Part shown: positions 19,422 through 24,366 of the stretch, one piece after another | Layout: every line of letters starts with the position of its first letter | How positions within the stretch are numbered: position 1 is the stretch's first letter | DNA from: Candidatus Methylomirabilia bacterium | GTDB taxonomy: Bacteria > Methylomirabilota > Methylomirabilia > Rokubacteriales > CSP1-6 | Direction: 5' to 3' | Assembly (NCBI GenBank): GCA_041497895.1 | Contig: JBGQHJ010000072.1 | Span: 1-24,366, forward strand | DNA length: 24,366 bases | The notes under the pieces: generated by a model | Told to the model about the DNA's origin: nothing | Databases searched by the model: none | Seen by the model: the letters and a program-made list of their open reading frames with translations, nothing else | Program-made: the position numbers and the translations under genes

Positions 19422-20437
19422 TCCGCGACGCCCTCGATCGGCCGTTGCGCAACCTGCGGCTGTCCGTCACGGACCGCTGCAACCTGCGCTGCCAGTACTG
19501 CATGCCCGAGGAGGAGTACGTCTGGCTGCCCCGGGACGACGTGCTGAGCTTCGAGGAGATGGCGCAGCTCGTGGAGGTCTTCGCCGACCTGGGGGTCGAC
19601 AAGGTGCGCCTCACCGGCGGCGAGCCCCTGCTGCGGCGGGACCTCGACCACCTGGTGCGCCTGCTGGCCGACAATCCCCGCCTGTGCGACCTCGCCCTCA
19701 CCACGAACGGGGTGCTGCTGGCCGAGCAGGCCGACGCGCTCCGGGCGGCGGGGCTCCATCGGGTGACGGTCAGCCTGGACACCCTGCGCGAGGGCCGCTT
19801 CCGGCTGCTCACCCGTCGCGACACGCACGCCCGGGTGCTCGAGGGCATCGCGGCGGTCGCGCGGAGCGGCTGGCCCGGGCTCAAGATGGACACGGTGGTC
19901 ATGCGCGGAGTGAACGACGACGAGCTGGTCGACCTGGTCGAGTACGCGGGCGGCGTCGGGGCCGAGGTGCGCTTCATCGAGTACATGGACGTGGGCGGGG
20001 CCACCCACTGGAGCATGGAGCGGGTGGTCTCGCGGCGCGAGATGCTCGAGCGGCTCACCCTGCACTACGGCGCGATCGCGCCCATCGCGGAGGAGACCTC
20101 CGCGCCCGCCGATCGCTTCCGCCTGCCGGACGGCCGCGTGTTCGGGATCATCTCCTCGACGACCGAGCCCTTCTGCCGCACCTGCGATCGCAGCCGGCTC
20201 ACCGCCGACGGCCTCTGGTATCTCTGCCTCTACGCGACGCGGGGCCTGGACCTGCGCGACGCGCTGCGGGCGGGCGCCTCGCGCGACGAGCTGCTGGGCC
20301 TGATCCGGTCGACGTGGCAGGGGCGACGCGACCGGGGGGCGGAGGAGCGGCTGGCCCTGCCCGAGCGACGGCCGCTCATCCAGATCGGCGAGCTCAAGCG
20401 CGATCCGCACCTCGAGATGCACACGCGGGGAGGATAG
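19418..20437 (+). CDS. moaA: GTP 3',8-cyclase MoaA
   Basis: LRLSVTDRCNLRCQYCMP, LTGGEP, TTNG, RFIEYM, FC..C.R.RL....C, and the C-terminal GG. Confidence 0.97.
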   Translation: MIRDALDRPLRNLRLSVTDRCNLRCQYCMPEEEYVWLPRDDVLSFEEMAQLVEVFADLGVDKVRLTGGEPLLRRDLDHLVRLLADNPRLCDLALTTNGVLLAEQADALRAAGLHRVTVSLDTLREGRFRLLTRRDTHARVLEGIAAVARSGWPGLKMDTVVMRGVNDDELVDLVEYAGGVGAEVRFIEYMDVGGATHWSMERVVSRREMLERLTLHYGAIAPIAEETSAPADRFRLPDGRVFGIISSTTEPFCRTCDRSRLTADGLWYLCLYATRGLDLRDALRAGASRDELLGLIRSTWQGRRDRGAEERLALPERRPLIQIGELKRDPHLEMHTRGG

Positions 20438-20440
20438 GCC

Positions 20441-21142
20441 GTGGACGGAGCGGGCGTCGACGTCAGGGAGAAGGGCGCCAACCAGCAGGTCTCCGACCGG
20501 CGCCTGTTCGTGCAGCTGCAGGTCTGGACCGGCTGCGGCGACAGCAAGCCGCTGGTCGCCGCGATGGAGCGGAGCCGGATCGAGGGCGTGCTCTACCATG
20601 ACCTGAACGACCCGGCGGGAGTTGGCCTCCTGACCCTCCACGAGAACCCGGCGTTTTTCGCCACCGGGCTCCGGGACGCGCTCCACGGCGAGCCGTTCGG
20701 CGCGCTCCGGCACCGCCCGGAGCTCACCATGCTCGGTCGCACCTATGCGTCCGGCTTCGAGTCCGACCTCGAGGACTGGCTGCTCGCCCGTCCGCGCCGC
20801 AGCGTGCTGAACCCGGCCTGTCCCTGGGGCATCTGGTATCCGCTCCGGCGCACCGGGGCGTTCGCGCGGCTCTCGCCTCAGGAGCAGGGGGCGATCCTGA
20901 AGGAGCACGGCACGCAGGGGCGTGCCTACGGGGAGGCCGACCTGGCCCACGACATCCGGCTCGCCTGCCACGGCCTCGACACCAACGACAACGACTTCGT
21001 GATCGGCCTCATCGGCCGCGAGCTGCACCCGCTCTCCCACCTCGTGCAGGCGATGCGTCGCACCGCCCAGACGTCGCAGTACCTGGCGAGACTCGGGCCC
21101 TTCTTCGTGGGCCACGTGCTCTGGCAGAGCCCGGCGCGATGA
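20441..21142 (+). CDS. Chlorite dismutase / coproheme decarboxylase (Cld/ChdC) superfamily heme protein
   Basis: YPLRR, EHG (proximal His156), GLD...DFV, MR, and GPFFVG at the C-terminus; no signal peptide. Confidence 0.82.
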   Translation: MDGAGVDVREKGANQQVSDRRLFVQLQVWTGCGDSKPLVAAMERSRIEGVLYHDLNDPAGVGLLTLHENPAFFATGLRDALHGEPFGALRHRPELTMLGRTYASGFESDLEDWLLARPRRSVLNPACPWGIWYPLRRTGAFARLSPQEQGAILKEHGTQGRAYGEADLAHDIRLACHGLDTNDNDFVIGLIGRELHPLSHLVQAMRRTAQTSQYLARLGPFFVGHVLWQSPAR

Positions 21143-21519
21143 GCCGGCCCGGCCGGCGGGCGCTCGGCGCCGGGCTGTTGCTGGTGGCCCTGCTGACGCC
21201 GGCGGGGTGCGCGTCGCTGCCGCCCGCGCGCGCGGTCAACAACGTCGCGCTGATCGCCGGGCGCTGGCAGGGGCAGATCGCGTTCGCCCGGAGCTCGTAC
21301 CAGCTCTTCTACCTGACGATCAATCCCGACGCCACCCTCGTCGCGTCCTGGGACGGGGTGACCCGCTACGGCAAGGTCACCCTCGAGGGCGCGCGCACGC
21401 GCTTCACCTTCTACATCTGGAGCGGATCCCTCGACTACCTCGAGGGGAACGGCGAGCGCGTCATCCTCCTGAAGGAGGACTTCGGCGCCTGGGACGCGAT
21501 CGTCCGGCCGCTCAGCTAG
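21139..21519 (+). CDS. Hypothetical small beta-rich exported protein, probable lipoprotein
   Basis: Basic n-region, hydrophobic h-region and PAGC (Cys24; non-canonical -3 residue). The ATG overlaps the upstream stop (ATGA); GC-biased third codon positions. Confidence 0.72.
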   Translation: MSRPGRRALGAGLLLVALLTPAGCASLPPARAVNNVALIAGRWQGQIAFARSSYQLFYLTINPDATLVASWDGVTRYGKVTLEGARTRFTFYIWSGSLDYLEGNGERVILLKEDFGAWDAIVRPLS

Positions 21520-22009
21520 GGCGGCCCGCCGCCTGCCACGCGGACACGTTGGCATCGATCTGTCGCGCGTGGTTCTCCAGATGCTCGGCGTAGATGGTGA
21601 GCCAGTCCTCCGCGGTGTATCGTCCCGACGCGGTGTGGCGCCCCTCCCGGCTCCAGGCGGACTCGGGCAGGCGGCGGAGCAGGGCGGTGGTGTGTGCCCG
21701 CACCGCGCGCACCGTGTCCAGCGCCGGCTCCAGGGGATGACCGTGGTAGTCGAGCGTCACCGCCCAGACGCTCTCCTCGTAGGCGAGCACCACCGGCTGG
21801 GGCTCGCACACCACGTAGCGGATGCGGGCGGCCGCGTTGACCTCCGAGTCCGCGCAGTGGCAGGCCACCTCGTGGGCGGACCACTCGCCGGGCGCCGGGC
21901 GCCACTGGCGGGCGGCGGCGGGGACCGCGGCCAGGGCGCCCTCCAGGCGCGCGGGACCGTCGGCGTACTGCTGGATCAGGCGCTCTCGCTTGGAGCGGGT
22001 GAGGGGCAT
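21512..22009 (-). CDS. DinB/YfiT family protein (putative metal-dependent thiol transferase or hydrolase)
   Basis: PAPGEWS..EV..H..D.E and H...H..Q His triad; GGAGG upstream on the minus strand. Confidence 0.88.
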   Translation of the reverse strand: MPLTRSKRERLIQQYADGPARLEGALAAVPAAARQWRPAPGEWSAHEVACHCADSEVNAAARIRYVVCEPQPVVLAYEESVWAVTLDYHGHPLEPALDTVRAVRAHTTALLRRLPESAWSREGRHTASGRYTAEDWLTIYAEHLENHARQIDANVSAWQAAGRPS

Positions 22010-22035
22010 TGGTGAGGGCCTCCATTGGCGATGGG

Positions 22036-22545
22036 GTGCGACGCGGCGGGCTCGCCGCCGCGGTGATCGGGCTCTGCCTCTGCCTGCTGGCCACCGTCGC
22101 CCACGCCCAGCCCGAGCGGGCGGGAGGCCGTCTCGACACGGCCGGGCTCCGCGCGGCGCTGGGGGCGCTCGGCTACCAGCCGCGCGAGGTGCGCAACGAG
22201 GCGGGCGTCGAGTACGAGATCGTGCTGCGTCTCCGCACCGGCGCCGCGGTGACCACGCGGGTGACGCTCTCCCGGGACGGTAGCCTCGTCTGGCTGGTGG
22301 CCTGGCTCAAGAAGGTGCCGCCCGGCCGCACCGTCAACGGCAACGCGGTCCTCGACATGCTCGTCGAGAACGACGCGATCGGGCCCACCCATTTCTCCTA
22401 CAACGAGCGGGTGCGCTGGTTCTTCCTGAACAGTCCAGTGGTCAACCAGGACCTGACCACCGAGCGCCTGCGCGGTGAGATCGATCACGTGGCGGGCATC
22501 GCGGCGCGCACCGAGCCGCTGTGGGATTTCGAGCGCTGGCGCTAG
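22036..22545 (+). CDS. Hypothetical secreted protein (possible YbjN/CesT-like fold)
   Basis: Sec-type signal peptide ending AHA-Q and coding-like codon bias. The GTG at 22036 is preferred over 22009. The fold guess comes from pattern only. Confidence 0.65.
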   Translation: MRRGGLAAAVIGLCLCLLATVAHAQPERAGGRLDTAGLRAALGALGYQPREVRNEAGVEYEIVLRLRTGAAVTTRVTLSRDGSLVWLVAWLKKVPPGRTVNGNAVLDMLVENDAIGPTHFSYNERVRWFFLNSPVVNQDLTTERLRGEIDHVAGIAARTEPLWDFERWR

Positions 22546-22557
22546 GCGCCGGCCGGA

Positions 22558-24006
<1,449 letters not shown>

Positions 24007-24009
24007 GAC

Positions 24010-24366
24010 CTAGTTATGGGCGCTCGCCATCACGGCCTCGTCGGCCGACATGCCGGTCTCCTGGGCCTTCTTGATCGCGGCCATCACCCGCTTGAAGTCC
24101 TGCGGGATCACCTTCACGAACTTCGCCTGACTGCGCTCCCAGTCCACGAGCAGCCGCGCGGCCACCGGGCTCTGGGTGTAGCGGATGTGGCGCGCCAGCA
24201 GGTCCTTGACCAGCTCCACGTCCTCGGTGTCCACCAGCGGCTCGAGGTCGACCATGCCCAGGTTGCAGCGCCGCTTGAAGTCGCCCGCCTCGTCCAGCAC
24301 GTAGGCGAGCCCTCCCGACATGCCGGCGGCGAAATTCCGCCCGGTGCCCCCGATGACCACCACGCG
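24010..24366 (-). CDS. gltB: Glutamate synthase large subunit, C-terminal fragment (runs off the window edge)
   Basis: TGRNFAAGMSGG.AYV, H..YT.S and F.KV.P.D; ends 3 nt before gltD. Confidence 0.95.
   Translation of the reverse strand, partial: RVVVIGGTGRNFAAGMSGGLAYVLDEAGDFKRRCNLGMVDLEPLVDTEDVELVKDLLARHIRYTQSPVAARLLVDWERSQAKFVKVIPQDFKRVMAAIKKAQETGMSADEAVMASAHN

Overview
This is a very GC-rich bacterial chromosomal window, densely coding and mostly housekeeping. The gene style suggests a diderm such as Rokubacteria/Methylomirabilota, but that is an unverified impression. From left to right: (1) a YeeE/YedE sulfur transporter (- strand) divergent from a stand-alone cpoB lipoprotein; (2) a tightly packed 14-gene run, dprA-topA-xerC-hslV-hslU-argB-argD-argF-argG-comB-pgsA-plsY-gpsA-galT; (3) a tRNA Gly-Cys-Leu cluster behind a near-consensus sigma70 promoter, followed by yjbQ; (4) an uncharacterised radical SAM gene, then a coupled Rieske-moaA-Cld/ChdC-family-lipoprotein cassette; (5) a DinB-family gene, a secreted hypothetical protein, gltD and the 3' end of gltB. 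I see no CRISPR array, IS element, prophage or defence island. The best leads are the Rieske/MoaA/ChdC-like cassette, a ComB-family phosphatase coupled to phospholipid genes where argH is expected, and a YeeE whose central conserved Cys is replaced by Gly. None is demonstrably a new system from sequence alone. All family assignments come from motif recognition, not database searches.
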